Of a stretch of 64,000 nucleotides of DNA, positions 24,257-33,300 are shown one piece after another (position 1 is the first letter of the stretch; every line of letters starts with the position of its first letter). The position numbers and the translations under genes were made by a program. Source of the DNA: Escherichia coli (GTDB lineage: Bacteria; Pseudomonadota; Gammaproteobacteria; Enterobacterales; Enterobacteriaceae); assembly GCF_030384885.1 (NCBI RefSeq), contig NZ_CP128613.1; one strand, 5' to 3'. The notes below the pieces were generated by a model that did no database searches, had not been told where the DNA came from, and was given only the letters and a program-made list of their open reading frames with translations.

Positions 24257-24429
24257 GAATATATCCTTAAATTTAAATATCCATCAAAAATATTTATTTG
24301 GTTAATATGTTTTTATGAAAGCGTAATTCAGGTCAATGTCACAATTAACCATTGTCACAATAAGGTTGAACGGATATTCTGAGCACGGACCACGTAATAT
24401 TCAATACATTATTTTCTGCCGGGTTTTTC

Positions 24430-25143
24430 GTGAATCAACGTAATATGTCAATAATTAATTCCACGCCAGTGCGTGTTATTGCCATTGTAGGATGTGATGG
24501 TTCAGGTAAATCGACCCTCACGGCAAGCCTAGTAAATGAACTGGCAGCAACAATGCCAACAGAACACATTTATCTCGGGCAATCGTCCGGGCGAATTGGC
24601 GAATGGATTTCACAGCTCCCTGTTATTGGCGCACCTTTTGGGCGTTATCTGCGAAGTAAAGCGGCACATGTGCACGAAAAGCCCTCCACACCGCCTGGCA
24701 ATATTACTGCGCTGGTTATTTATCTGCTTTCCTGCTGGCGGGCGTATAAGTTTCGCAAAATGTTGTGTAAAAGCCAGCAAGGCTATCTGCTCATCACCGA
24801 CCGCTACCCGCAGGTTGAAGTGCCGGGTTTTCGCTTTGATGGCCCGCAACTGGCAAAAAACACGGGCGGTAACGGCTGGATAAAAATGTTAAGACAGCGC
24901 GAGCTCAAACTTTACCAATGGATGGCGTCTTATTTGCCCGTATTGTTGATTCGTCTTGGCATTGATGAACAAACCGCGTTTGCGCGTAAACCTGACCACC
25001 AACTGGCGGCGTTACAGGAAAAAATCGCTGTTACGCCGCAACTGACATTCAATGGCGCAAAGATCCTTGAACTGGATGGTCGGCAACCAGCCGATGAAAT
25101 TCTGCAAGCGTCACTACGCGCAATTCACGCCGCGCTTTCCTGA
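24430..25143 (+). CDS. yghS: P-loop NTPase (Walker A VGCDGSGKST), YghR/S/T paralog family
   Basis: Track ORF 237 aa, GTG start. Confidence 0.88.
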   Translation: MNQRNMSIINSTPVRVIAIVGCDGSGKSTLTASLVNELAATMPTEHIYLGQSSGRIGEWISQLPVIGAPFGRYLRSKAAHVHEKPSTPPGNITALVIYLLSCWRAYKFRKMLCKSQQGYLLITDRYPQVEVPGFRFDGPQLAKNTGGNGWIKMLRQRELKLYQWMASYLPVLLIRLGIDEQTAFARKPDHQLAALQEKIAVTPQLTFNGAKILELDGRQPADEILQASLRAIHAALS

Positions 25144-25173
25144 TCACCAAATGGATAGGGGATGATTTAACGA

Positions 25174-25932
25174 ATGGATGCACTACAAACACAAACTGTT
25201 AATAGTACAACCGCGCCGCAGCCCAACTACATTCCGGGGCTGATTGCGGTGGTCGGGTGTGATGGCACCGGTAAATCCACACTGACCACTGACCTGGTGA
25301 AATCGCTGCAACAACACTGGCAAACCGAGCGCCGCTATCTGGGGCTGCTCTCCGGCGAAGACGGCGACAAAATCAAACGGTTGCCGCTCGTTGGCGTCTG
25401 GCTGGAACGGCGACTGGCGGCCAAATCCTCGAAAACCCAAAGCATGAAAACCAAATCTCCGGCGCTATGGGCGGCGGTGATTATGTACTGCTTCTCGCTG
25501 CGAAGAATGGTGAATCTACGCAAGGTTCAGCGACTGGCGCAAAGTGGCGTTCTGGTGGTCAGCGATCGCTTCCCGCAGGCTGAAATTTCGGGCTTTTATT
25601 ATGACGGACCGGGGATTGGCGTCGAGCGTGCGACCGGGAAAATCAGCATGTTTCTGGCACAGCGCGAACGGCGTTTATACCAAAAAATGGCGCAATACCG
25701 TCCTGAATTAATTATTCGTTTGGGGATTGATATTGATACTGCCATCTCCCGCAAGCCTGACCATGACTATGCCGAGCTGCAGGACAAAATCGGTGTCATG
25801 TCGACGATTGGCTATAACGGCACAAAAATTCTTGAGATTGATTCCAGAGCGCCCTACAGCGAAGTGCTGGAACAGGCACAGAAGGCGGTTTCTCTGGTTG
25901 CAATCGTTTCTGACCGCCGAAGTTTAACTTAA
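25174..25932 (+). CDS. yghR: P-loop NTPase (Walker A VGCDGTGKST), YghR/S/T paralog family
   Basis: Track ORF 252 aa MDALQTQTVNSTTAPQPNYIPGLIAVVGCDGTGKST... Confidence 0.88.
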   Translation: MDALQTQTVNSTTAPQPNYIPGLIAVVGCDGTGKSTLTTDLVKSLQQHWQTERRYLGLLSGEDGDKIKRLPLVGVWLERRLAAKSSKTQSMKTKSPALWAAVIMYCFSLRRMVNLRKVQRLAQSGVLVVSDRFPQAEISGFYYDGPGIGVERATGKISMFLAQRERRLYQKMAQYRPELIIRLGIDIDTAISRKPDHDYAELQDKIGVMSTIGYNGTKILEIDSRAPYSEVLEQAQKAVSLVAIVSDRRSLT

Positions 25933-25977
25933 GGTTGGCGGGATACTTTTTACTATCAACGATAAGGTCAGGCTGAA

Positions 25978-27327
25978 TTGGCGGGGTTTAACATCAAACA
26001 TTGGTTTGCAGATGGCGCGTTTCGCACCATTATTCGCAATAGCGCCTGGTTAGGCTCCAGTAATGTCGTGAGCGCTTTGCTGGGTCTGTTGGCGCTCTCG
26101 TGTGCCGGTAAAGGGATGACGCCCGCCATGTTTGGCGTACTGGTGATTGTGCAATCGTACGCCAAGTCGATCAGCGATTTTATTAAGTTTCAGACATGGC
26201 AGCTGGTGGTTCAGTACGGAACGCCAGCCTTGACCAATAATAATCCGCAGCAATTTCGCAATGTCGTCTCATTTTCCTTCTCGTTGGATATCGTCAGCGG
26301 CGCGGTGGCGATTGTCGGCGGCATTGCCTTACTCCCTTTTCTTTCCCATTCATTAGGTCTGGATGACCAAAGCTTTTGGCTGGCAGCGCTGTATTGCACG
26401 CTCATTCCTTCAATGGCTTCCTCCACACCGACCGGCATTCTGCGTGCGGTAGATCGCTTCGATTTGATTGCTGTACAGCAGGCGACGAAACCTTTTCTGC
26501 GCGCAGCGGGGAGCGTCGTAGCCTGGTATTTTGATTTTGGTTTTGCGGGTTTTGTTATTGCCTGGTACGCATCGAATCTGGTTGGCGGCACCATGTACTG
26601 GTGGTTTGCCGCGCGCGAATTACGCCGCAGAAATATCCATAACGCCTTCAAATTGAATCTGTTTGAGTCTGCCCGACACATTAAAGGCGCGTGGAGTTTT
26701 GTCTGGTCAACCAACATTGCCCACTCCATCTGGTCGGCACGTAACTCGTGCAGCACAGTGTTGGTGGGGATCGTGTTAGGACCCGCTGCCGCCGGGTTAT
26801 TTAAAATCGCCATGACATTCTTCGATGCCGCCGGAACGCCAGCGGGTTTACTGGGCAAAAGTTTTTACCCAGAGGTAATGCGTTTAGATCCGCGTACCAC
26901 CAGACCGTGGTTGTTAGGCGTGAAGTCCGGTTTACTGGCGGGCGGAATCGGTATTCTGGTGGCGCTCGCGGTGTTGATCGTCGGCAAGCCGCTCATTTCG
27001 CTGGTGTTTGGCGTTAAGTATCTCGAAGCGTATGACCTGATTCAGGTAATGCTTGGCGCAATTGTGATTTCGATGCTGGGCTTCCCACAGGAGTCATTGC
27101 TATTGATGGCGGGAAAACAGCGCGCTTTTCTCGTGGCGCAAACCATCGCCTCAATCGGCTACATCGTATTGCTGTTCATGTTCTGTCATCTGTTTGGCGT
27201 GCTGGGGGCTGCATTTGCTTACTTCGGTGGGCAATGTCTGGATGTGGTGCTCTCGTTAATTCCAACCTTAAAGGCATTTTTTCAGCGCCATTCCTTGCTT
27301 TATAACGCAGCCGGAGAGAAATCCTGA
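25978..27327 (+). CDS. yghQ: polytopic inner membrane protein, MOP/Wzx-type flippase-like; start codon uncertain (first ATG in frame at 26116)
   Basis: Track ORF 449 aa (non-ATG start at 25978); many hydrophobic helices; stop overlaps next gene start (TGATG). Confidence 0.8.
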   Translation: MAGFNIKHWFADGAFRTIIRNSAWLGSSNVVSALLGLLALSCAGKGMTPAMFGVLVIVQSYAKSISDFIKFQTWQLVVQYGTPALTNNNPQQFRNVVSFSFSLDIVSGAVAIVGGIALLPFLSHSLGLDDQSFWLAALYCTLIPSMASSTPTGILRAVDRFDLIAVQQATKPFLRAAGSVVAWYFDFGFAGFVIAWYASNLVGGTMYWWFAARELRRRNIHNAFKLNLFESARHIKGAWSFVWSTNIAHSIWSARNSCSTVLVGIVLGPAAAGLFKIAMTFFDAAGTPAGLLGKSFYPEVMRLDPRTTRPWLLGVKSGLLAGGIGILVALAVLIVGKPLISLVFGVKYLEAYDLIQVMLGAIVISMLGFPQESLLLMAGKQRAFLVAQTIASIGYIVLLFMFCHLFGVLGAAFAYFGGQCLDVVLSLIPTLKAFFQRHSLLYNAAGEKS

Positions 27328-28151
27328 TGATGAGAAAATATTTCCCGCTTGAGGCGAGCGAGCGTCTATTTATTGCAGTTGAAGAAGATGATGTCGTTGA
27401 TGCGCAGGTCAGTTTACCGCCGACTATCGCAACAGGTTGTACCACCGAAATCATTCATGATAATTACGCGTTATGCCTGCAATTCTGGCTGAATGGCGTT
27501 GATCGTCAGGAATTACTGCGTTTAATCCACAAACAAGCCAAAGGCGAGGGGCTTACGGCTGACGAGCGTAAACAGTTTAAATATATGCGGGCGCGTTATA
27601 AGCATCTGCGTTTCGCTCAGCGACTGTATCTGAAAAAACACAAGGCAGGATTTTTATTCGGCAAAACGACGGTATGTCTGGGCCATTTTCAGGATGGTTT
27701 CCGTAACGGTAAAAAAAATATTGTGTCGTATTACGGCAACCTGTTACGGATTTATTTAAGCTCTCCGGTCTGGTCGTTGGTGAACTATTCATTACGCCAT
27801 AGCCAGTTAGAAAGCGTAAGCGGTTTTATTGCCTATCGGCAAAAGCAAATGCATACCCTGAAAGAGATAATTGCCAAACCGCGACTAACCGGCAGGGAAT
27901 TTCATGATGTGCGAAAAATCATCAGCCAGCAGGTTTCTTATTACGACACCCTAAGATCGCTTGATCCTGAAAAAAAAGAAGCGTTACAGATTTCCCGCTT
28001 CCTCGCCGCCATTAATGGCCTGATGGGGGATAAACACGACGACATGGTGGCGGATGATATGGAAAACCGCCAGTCGTATGATGCACCGATGGCGCTGGAT
28101 AGCGATATTCGTCAGCGCTTAGAACTGCTGATTTCGCGTTTTCCGCTATAA
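27327..28151 (+). CDS. hypothetical soluble protein, no recognisable motif
   Basis: Track ORF 274 aa MMRKYFPLEASERLFIAVEEDD...; start overlaps yghQ stop; codon usage protein-like. Confidence 0.6.
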   Translation: MMRKYFPLEASERLFIAVEEDDVVDAQVSLPPTIATGCTTEIIHDNYALCLQFWLNGVDRQELLRLIHKQAKGEGLTADERKQFKYMRARYKHLRFAQRLYLKKHKAGFLFGKTTVCLGHFQDGFRNGKKNIVSYYGNLLRIYLSSPVWSLVNYSLRHSQLESVSGFIAYRQKQMHTLKEIIAKPRLTGREFHDVRKIISQQVSYYDTLRSLDPEKKEALQISRFLAAINGLMGDKHDDMVADDMENRQSYDAPMALDSDIRQRLELLISRFPL

Positions 28152-28159
28152 CCGGAGCA

Positions 28160-28723
28160 ATGATGTCATCTCGTTTGATTATTGCGCTGATTATCATGCT
28201 CTTAGCCCCGGGTGTGCAGGCACACAATTTCGTCACGGGTAAAACGGTTACCCCTGTTTATATCCAGGAAGGCGGCGAGCTGCTTCTGAATAGCGACGAC
28301 GAAATTCACTACCAAAAGTGGAACAGCACACAGCTGGCGGGAAAAGTCCGCATTATTCAGTATATCGCCGGGCGTAAGTCGGCGAAGAAAAAGAACTCAC
28401 TGTTAATTAAAGCGGTTGAAGCGGCAAACTTTCCGCAGGATCGTTTTCAGCCCACCACCATTGTGAACACCGATGATGCCATCTTTGGTACTGGCTATTT
28501 TGTCGTTGGCAAAATCGAAAAAAATAAACGCCGCTATCCGTGGGCGCAATTCGTTATTGACGGCAATGGACAGGGACGCGTTGCCTGGCGGTTGCCGGAG
28601 CAGAGTTCAACCATTCTGGTGCTGAATAAAGCCGGGCAAATTCAGTGGGCAAAGGACGGCAGCCTGACGCCGGAAGAGGTAGATCATGTCATTGCGCTGG
28701 CGCAGAAGCTGATCAATGAATAA
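28160..28723 (+). CDS. YtfJ-family periplasmic protein (paralog of core ytfJ), signal peptide MMSSRLIIALIIMLLAPGVQA
   Basis: Track ORF 187 aa; collinear similarity to remembered E. coli YtfJ (shared stretches VVQYIAGR.., TTIVNTDDAI, YPW.QFV.D, WAKDG.LTPEEV). Confidence 0.75.
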   Translation: MMSSRLIIALIIMLLAPGVQAHNFVTGKTVTPVYIQEGGELLLNSDDEIHYQKWNSTQLAGKVRIIQYIAGRKSAKKKNSLLIKAVEAANFPQDRFQPTTIVNTDDAIFGTGYFVVGKIEKNKRRYPWAQFVIDGNGQGRVAWRLPEQSSTILVLNKAGQIQWAKDGSLTPEEVDHVIALAQKLINE

Positions 28724-28752
28724 AAATTCAAAGGATTGAGGGCGTTAGTGAG

Positions 28753-29823
28753 ATGAAGCTGGTTGAACACTACATCATGCGTGGTACTCGCCGTCTGGTG
28801 CTGATTATCGTCGGTTTTCTGATCTTTATTTTCGCCAGCTACTCCGCACAGCGTTATCTGACCGAAGCGGCAAATGGGACATTAGCTCTTGATGTTGTGC
28901 TGGATATTGTTTTCTACAAGGTGCTGATTGCACTGGAGATGTTGTTACCTGTTGGACTGTATGTGTCAGTTGGCGTGACGCTAGGGCAGATGTATACCGA
29001 CTCGGAAATTACCGCTATTTCTGCGGCGGGGGGGAGTCCGGGACGCTTGTACAAAGCCGTTCTTTATCTGGCGATACCGCTAAGTATTTTTGTCACCCTT
29101 CTGTCGATGTATGGTCGTCCGTGGGCTTATGCGCAGATTTATCAACTGGAGCAACAGTCGCAGTCGGAGCTGGATGTTCGCCAGTTGCGGGCAAAGAAAT
29201 TTAACACTAACGATAACGGACGAATGATCCTTTCGCAGACGGTTGATCAGGATAATAATCGCCTGACTGACGTGCTGATTTATACTTCTACTGCCAATCG
29301 AACCCGTATTTTCCGCGCCCGTTCGGTTGATGTAGTTGACCCATCACCCGAGAAACCGACCGTTATGTTGCATAACGGGACCGCCTATCTTCTCGATCAT
29401 CAGGGACGTGACGACAACGAACAGATCTACCGTAATCTGCAATTGCATCTGAATCCGCTGGATCAAAGCCCTAACGTCAAACGCAAAGCAAAATCGGTCA
29501 CGGAGCTGGCGCGCTCCGCCTTTCCTGCCGATCATGCCGAACTGCAATGGCGACAAAGCCGTGGCCTGACAGCATTGTTGATGGCGCTGCTGGCCATTTC
29601 ATTAAGTCGGGTAAAACCGCGGCAAGGGCGATTTTCAACGTTATTGCCACTGACGTTGCTGTTTGTTGCCATTTTTTATGGCGGCGACGTCTGCCGTACG
29701 CTGGTGGCTAACGGCGCGATTCCCCTCATTCCTGGTTTGTGGTTAGTACCCGGACTCATGCTAATGGGCCTGCTGATGCTGGTCGCACGCGACTTCTCTT
29801 TGCTGCAGAAATTTTCCCGATGA
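28753..29823 (+). CDS. LptF-like permease (YjgP/YjgQ family), paralog of core lptF
   Basis: Track ORF 356 aa; N-terminal TM bundle, conserved YTDSEITAISAAG segment resembling LptF LYTESEITVMHACG, large periplasmic insert, C-terminal TMs. Confidence 0.8.
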   Translation: MKLVEHYIMRGTRRLVLIIVGFLIFIFASYSAQRYLTEAANGTLALDVVLDIVFYKVLIALEMLLPVGLYVSVGVTLGQMYTDSEITAISAAGGSPGRLYKAVLYLAIPLSIFVTLLSMYGRPWAYAQIYQLEQQSQSELDVRQLRAKKFNTNDNGRMILSQTVDQDNNRLTDVLIYTSTANRTRIFRARSVDVVDPSPEKPTVMLHNGTAYLLDHQGRDDNEQIYRNLQLHLNPLDQSPNVKRKAKSVTELARSAFPADHAELQWRQSRGLTALLMALLAISLSRVKPRQGRFSTLLPLTLLFVAIFYGGDVCRTLVANGAIPLIPGLWLVPGLMLMGLLMLVARDFSLLQKFSR

Positions 29824-30899
29824 ATGTTTTCAGTCGCTATTTAATCCGTCATCTCTTTCTCGGTTTTGCCGCCGCCGCAGGGCTATTGCTGCCGCTTTTT
29901 ACTACCTTCAACCTGATTAACGAACTGGATGATGTCAGCCCGGGTGGTTATCGCTGGACTCAGGCGGTGCTGGTGGTGCTGATGACCTTACCGCGCACAC
30001 TGGTCGAACTTTCGCCGTTTATCGCCTTATTGGGGGGGATTGTCGGCTTGGGGCAGTTATCGAAAAACAGTGAGCTTACCGCCATTCGCAGCACGGGGTT
30101 TTCTATCTTCCGTATTGCACTGGTGGCGCTGGTTGCCGGGATATTGTGGACTGTTTCATTAGGCGCGATAGATGAGTGGGTGGCGTCGCCATTGCAGCAA
30201 CAGGCGCTGCAAATCAAATCGACTGCCACTGCGTTGGGGGAGGACGATGACATTACCGGCAATATGCTGTGGGCCAGGCGTGGTAATGAATTTGTGACGG
30301 TGAAATCGCTGAACGAGCAGGGCCAGCCGGTGGGCGTGGAGATATTTCATTACCGCGACGATCTCTCGCTCGAATCCTACATTTATGCACGCAGTGCCAC
30401 CATTGAAGACGACAAAACGTGGATCCTGCATGGTGTGAATCATAAAAAATGGCTGAATGGCAAAGAAACGCTGGAAACATCTGATAATCTTGCCTGGCAA
30501 TCGGCCTTCACCAGTATGAATCTTGAAGAGTTATCGATGCCGGGAAATACTTTTTCTGTCCGTCAACTTAATCATTACATCCATTATTTGCAGGAAACCG
30601 GGCAACCCAGCAGCGAATACCGCCTTGCACTGTGGGAAAAACTGGGACAACCCATCTTGACCCTGGCGATGATTTTGCTGGCTGTGCCGTTTACCTTTAG
30701 TGCCCCGCGTTCGCCTGGGATGGGTAGCCGTCTCGCTGTAGGCGTCATCGTGGGCTTACTCACCTGGATCAGCTATCAAATCATGGTCAATCTGGGATTG
30801 CTATTTGCGTTGAGCGCACCTGTTACCGCGCTCGGTTTACCGATAGCGTTTATGCTGGTGGCGTTGAGCCTGGTGTATTGGTATGACAGTCAACATTAA
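29820..30899 (+). CDS. LptG-like permease (YjgP/YjgQ family), paralog of core lptG
   Basis: Track ORF 29739..30899; start trimmed to MNVFSRYLIRHLFLGF (359 aa), ATGA overlap with upstream permease; segment NSELTAIRSTGFS resembles LptG. Confidence 0.8.
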   Translation: MNVFSRYLIRHLFLGFAAAAGLLLPLFTTFNLINELDDVSPGGYRWTQAVLVVLMTLPRTLVELSPFIALLGGIVGLGQLSKNSELTAIRSTGFSIFRIALVALVAGILWTVSLGAIDEWVASPLQQQALQIKSTATALGEDDDITGNMLWARRGNEFVTVKSLNEQGQPVGVEIFHYRDDLSLESYIYARSATIEDDKTWILHGVNHKKWLNGKETLETSDNLAWQSAFTSMNLEELSMPGNTFSVRQLNHYIHYLQETGQPSSEYRLALWEKLGQPILTLAMILLAVPFTFSAPRSPGMGSRLAVGVIVGLLTWISYQIMVNLGLLFALSAPVTALGLPIAFMLVALSLVYWYDSQH

Positions 30900-30933
30900 A
30901 CCCGCCGTGGCGCAGCACCACAGCGGGCTCACA

Positions 30934-32106
30934 TTACTGCTTCAGAGTAGCAAATGCCTGAATGATGGCATCGATTTGCTCACGAGTGTGGGCAGCGTTT
31001 ACGCTACAGCGCAGCAGCGTGATGCCTGCAGGCGCGGCAGGTGGCAGGATAAGATTCACATAAACGCCCAGCGAAATAAGCTCGCGCCAGATGCGTAAAC
31101 CTTCCTCTTTCGAACCGATTATCACTGGCACTACCGGGCTAATATGTGAACTTAACTCGTAACCCAGTTTTTGCAGACCGTCATACAGATGGTTGGCGTT
31201 ATCCATCAGCTTTTGCCGCAACTCTGGTTGTGAGGCAATGGTTCTTAACGACGAGCGCACGGTCGCAATGCAGGACGGAGAAGGAGAGGCGGTAAAAATA
31301 TACGGGCGGCTGCCGTAGCGCAGCACTTCCATCGCTTCCGAACCGACAGCAAAACCGCCAATCGAGGCCAGACTTTTACTGAAAGTACCAACGATAATAT
31401 CCACATCATCTTCAACGCCAACGGCTTCAGCCAGTCCGCGCCCCGTTGCGCCTAACACGCCAAACGAATGCGCTTCATCGACAATCAAATAACCACCGAG
31501 ACGACGTTTGATATCAACAATTTCCGCCAGCGGCGCAATGTCACCGAGCATACTGTAGATGCCTTCAACGATGATAATCGCCTCTTTTGCCCGTTCACCG
31601 AGGCGAACCATGCGCCGTTCCAGATCTTTAGCATCGTTATGGCGGAAACGAATAATTTCCGCTCCACCGAGAGAACAGGCGTCATAAATACTGGCGTGGC
31701 TGTCGGCATCCAGTAACACTACGGCGTTATGGTCGGCAAGTGCGCTGATGACACCTAAATTAGCGGTATAACCGGTTGAAAAAACGATAGCGGTAGGGCG
31801 ATTGAAAAACTCGGCAATTTCTTTCTCTAACGCCAGATGTGGCGCATAGCTGCCATTAGCCATACGAGAACCGGTAGTGCCGGTGCCTTGGGCCGCTAAC
31901 GCTGCCTGACCTTCGGCGATGGCATCATGATTGAAGGTTAAACCGAGATAATTATTGGTCCCGGCCAGGATCACGTTTTTATCGCCGATCCGGCCTTCGG
32001 TGGCGGAATACACTTCATCAATACAGGTACCAAACGGCGTTAACCCGTTGTCACTAAATTGCAGTCGCTCGCCAGCAAGGCGCGCATATTTATCGTATAG
32101 CCCCAT
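30934..32106 (-). CDS. PLP-dependent alpha-oxoamine synthase, serine palmitoyltransferase-like (third AOS paralog besides bioF and kbl)
   Basis: Track ORF 390 aa; PLP-lysine motif IVGTFSKSLASIGG, DEAHSFG motif, glycine-rich GTGTTGSR segment; TAATG overlap with upstream ACP. Confidence 0.85.
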   Translation of the reverse strand: MGLYDKYARLAGERLQFSDNGLTPFGTCIDEVYSATEGRIGDKNVILAGTNNYLGLTFNHDAIAEGQAALAAQGTGTTGSRMANGSYAPHLALEKEIAEFFNRPTAIVFSTGYTANLGVISALADHNAVVLLDADSHASIYDACSLGGAEIIRFRHNDAKDLERRMVRLGERAKEAIIIVEGIYSMLGDIAPLAEIVDIKRRLGGYLIVDEAHSFGVLGATGRGLAEAVGVEDDVDIIVGTFSKSLASIGGFAVGSEAMEVLRYGSRPYIFTASPSPSCIATVRSSLRTIASQPELRQKLMDNANHLYDGLQKLGYELSSHISPVVPVIIGSKEEGLRIWRELISLGVYVNLILPPAAPAGITLLRCSVNAAHTREQIDAIIQAFATLKQ

Positions 32107-32354
32107 TATTTATTCTCCAGCCATGGAAGTAGAGTTTCCATTAATTGCGCAGGGGTTTTGACATCCAGCAGAATATTAATAGGAATGGAAATATCGAATC
32201 TGTCTTCCAGCATCATTAAGAGATCCATCACTTTGATCGACTCCAGGCCAAGATCGTTGACGAGATCGCTGTCGGGCTTAATTTCCACACCGTTTTCGAC
32301 CAAATCCTGTAAACAGGAAAGGATGTAATCCATTACTATTTCACGATTTACCAT
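32106..32354 (-). CDS. acyl carrier protein (dedicated), candidate phosphopantetheine site in DLGLESIKVMDL
   Basis: Track ORF 82 aa; acidic four-helix ACP-like sequence; position between reductase and AOS. Confidence 0.7.
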   Translation of the reverse strand: MVNREIVMDYILSCLQDLVENGVEIKPDSDLVNDLGLESIKVMDLLMMLEDRFDISIPINILLDVKTPAQLMETLLPWLENK

Positions 32355-32385
32355 AGAAACGTTAACACACCTTTAAACAAGACAA

Positions 32386-33300
32386 TCAAAATAGCCCGTT
32401 GCGTAATGCGTGTTCCAGGCTAATCCCGGGAAACCAATTAATATCTTCAGAAATACGGTTATTACTTGCTGACCAGTCGGTGTGGGTTAATTCACGGATT
32501 TTCGAGCGGGTCAGCATAGGTTCTTTACCTGCCAGGCGACTCAACGCGGTACTGATATCCGCAAGGCAGGTGAGTACCGACAGAGGAATACCAACCATTC
32601 GAACGGAACCGCAACGGGCGTCGGCGGCAAGTTGCTGTACGCGTTGCCAGTCATAGCCGCCGGCGACGCCATCGCATAATTCATAGGTTTGCGTCTGTAC
32701 AGTTTCGGCGCTTAACCACTGCCCCACGGCTTGCGCGAAATCGGTGACGTGCAGGAAAGAGAGCTGTGTATCTGGCGCACCAAGTCGTGGCAGCAGGCCG
32801 CGCAGCATCCAGTCAAACAGCGGTTTTAACTCTTTATCGCCGGGACCATACACGGCTGTCGGGCGAAAAATGCCCAGCGTAATTTCGTCAGCCATTGCGG
32901 TCAGTCGTTGTTCGGCGACGTGTTTGGAATTTGCGTACCAGGAGAGTTCGGGATGGCGCGCCGCCAGCGAAGAGATAAACAGAAAACGTTGGCAAAAGCC
33001 GCTCTCTTTTGCCGCTTGCATCAGGCGCAGGCTGCCGTCAACGTTACAGCGGGTAAAAATCTCTTCTTTGTGTCCGCGCACTTGCCCGGCGCAATGGACC
33101 ACCGCGCTGGCTCCGGCAACCAGTTCGCTAAGCGAATGTGTATCTTCCAGCGAACCGCGCACCCAGATGAGATTATCATTGACGTGAGCGCGGGCAGTAC
33201 GCGTCAATGCGCGAACGTGAAAGCCGCGGGCGAGCAGGTTATCGATAATATATTTACCGATAAACCCGGTAGCGCCCGTCACCGCGACAGTTTGATTCAT
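32386..33300 (-). CDS. NAD(P)-dependent reductase of the epimerase/dehydratase SDR type (candidate 3-keto-sphinganine/ceramide reductase)
   Basis: Track ORF 304 aa; N-terminal VAVTGATGFIGKY Rossmann motif, YANSK (YxxxK); ATGA overlap with upstream FAAL. Confidence 0.8.
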   Translation of the reverse strand: MNQTVAVTGATGFIGKYIIDNLLARGFHVRALTRTARAHVNDNLIWVRGSLEDTHSLSELVAGASAVVHCAGQVRGHKEEIFTRCNVDGSLRLMQAAKESGFCQRFLFISSLAARHPELSWYANSKHVAEQRLTAMADEITLGIFRPTAVYGPGDKELKPLFDWMLRGLLPRLGAPDTQLSFLHVTDFAQAVGQWLSAETVQTQTYELCDGVAGGYDWQRVQQLAADARCGSVRMVGIPLSVLTCLADISTALSRLAGKEPMLTRSKIRELTHTDWSASNNRISEDINWFPGISLEHALRNGLF

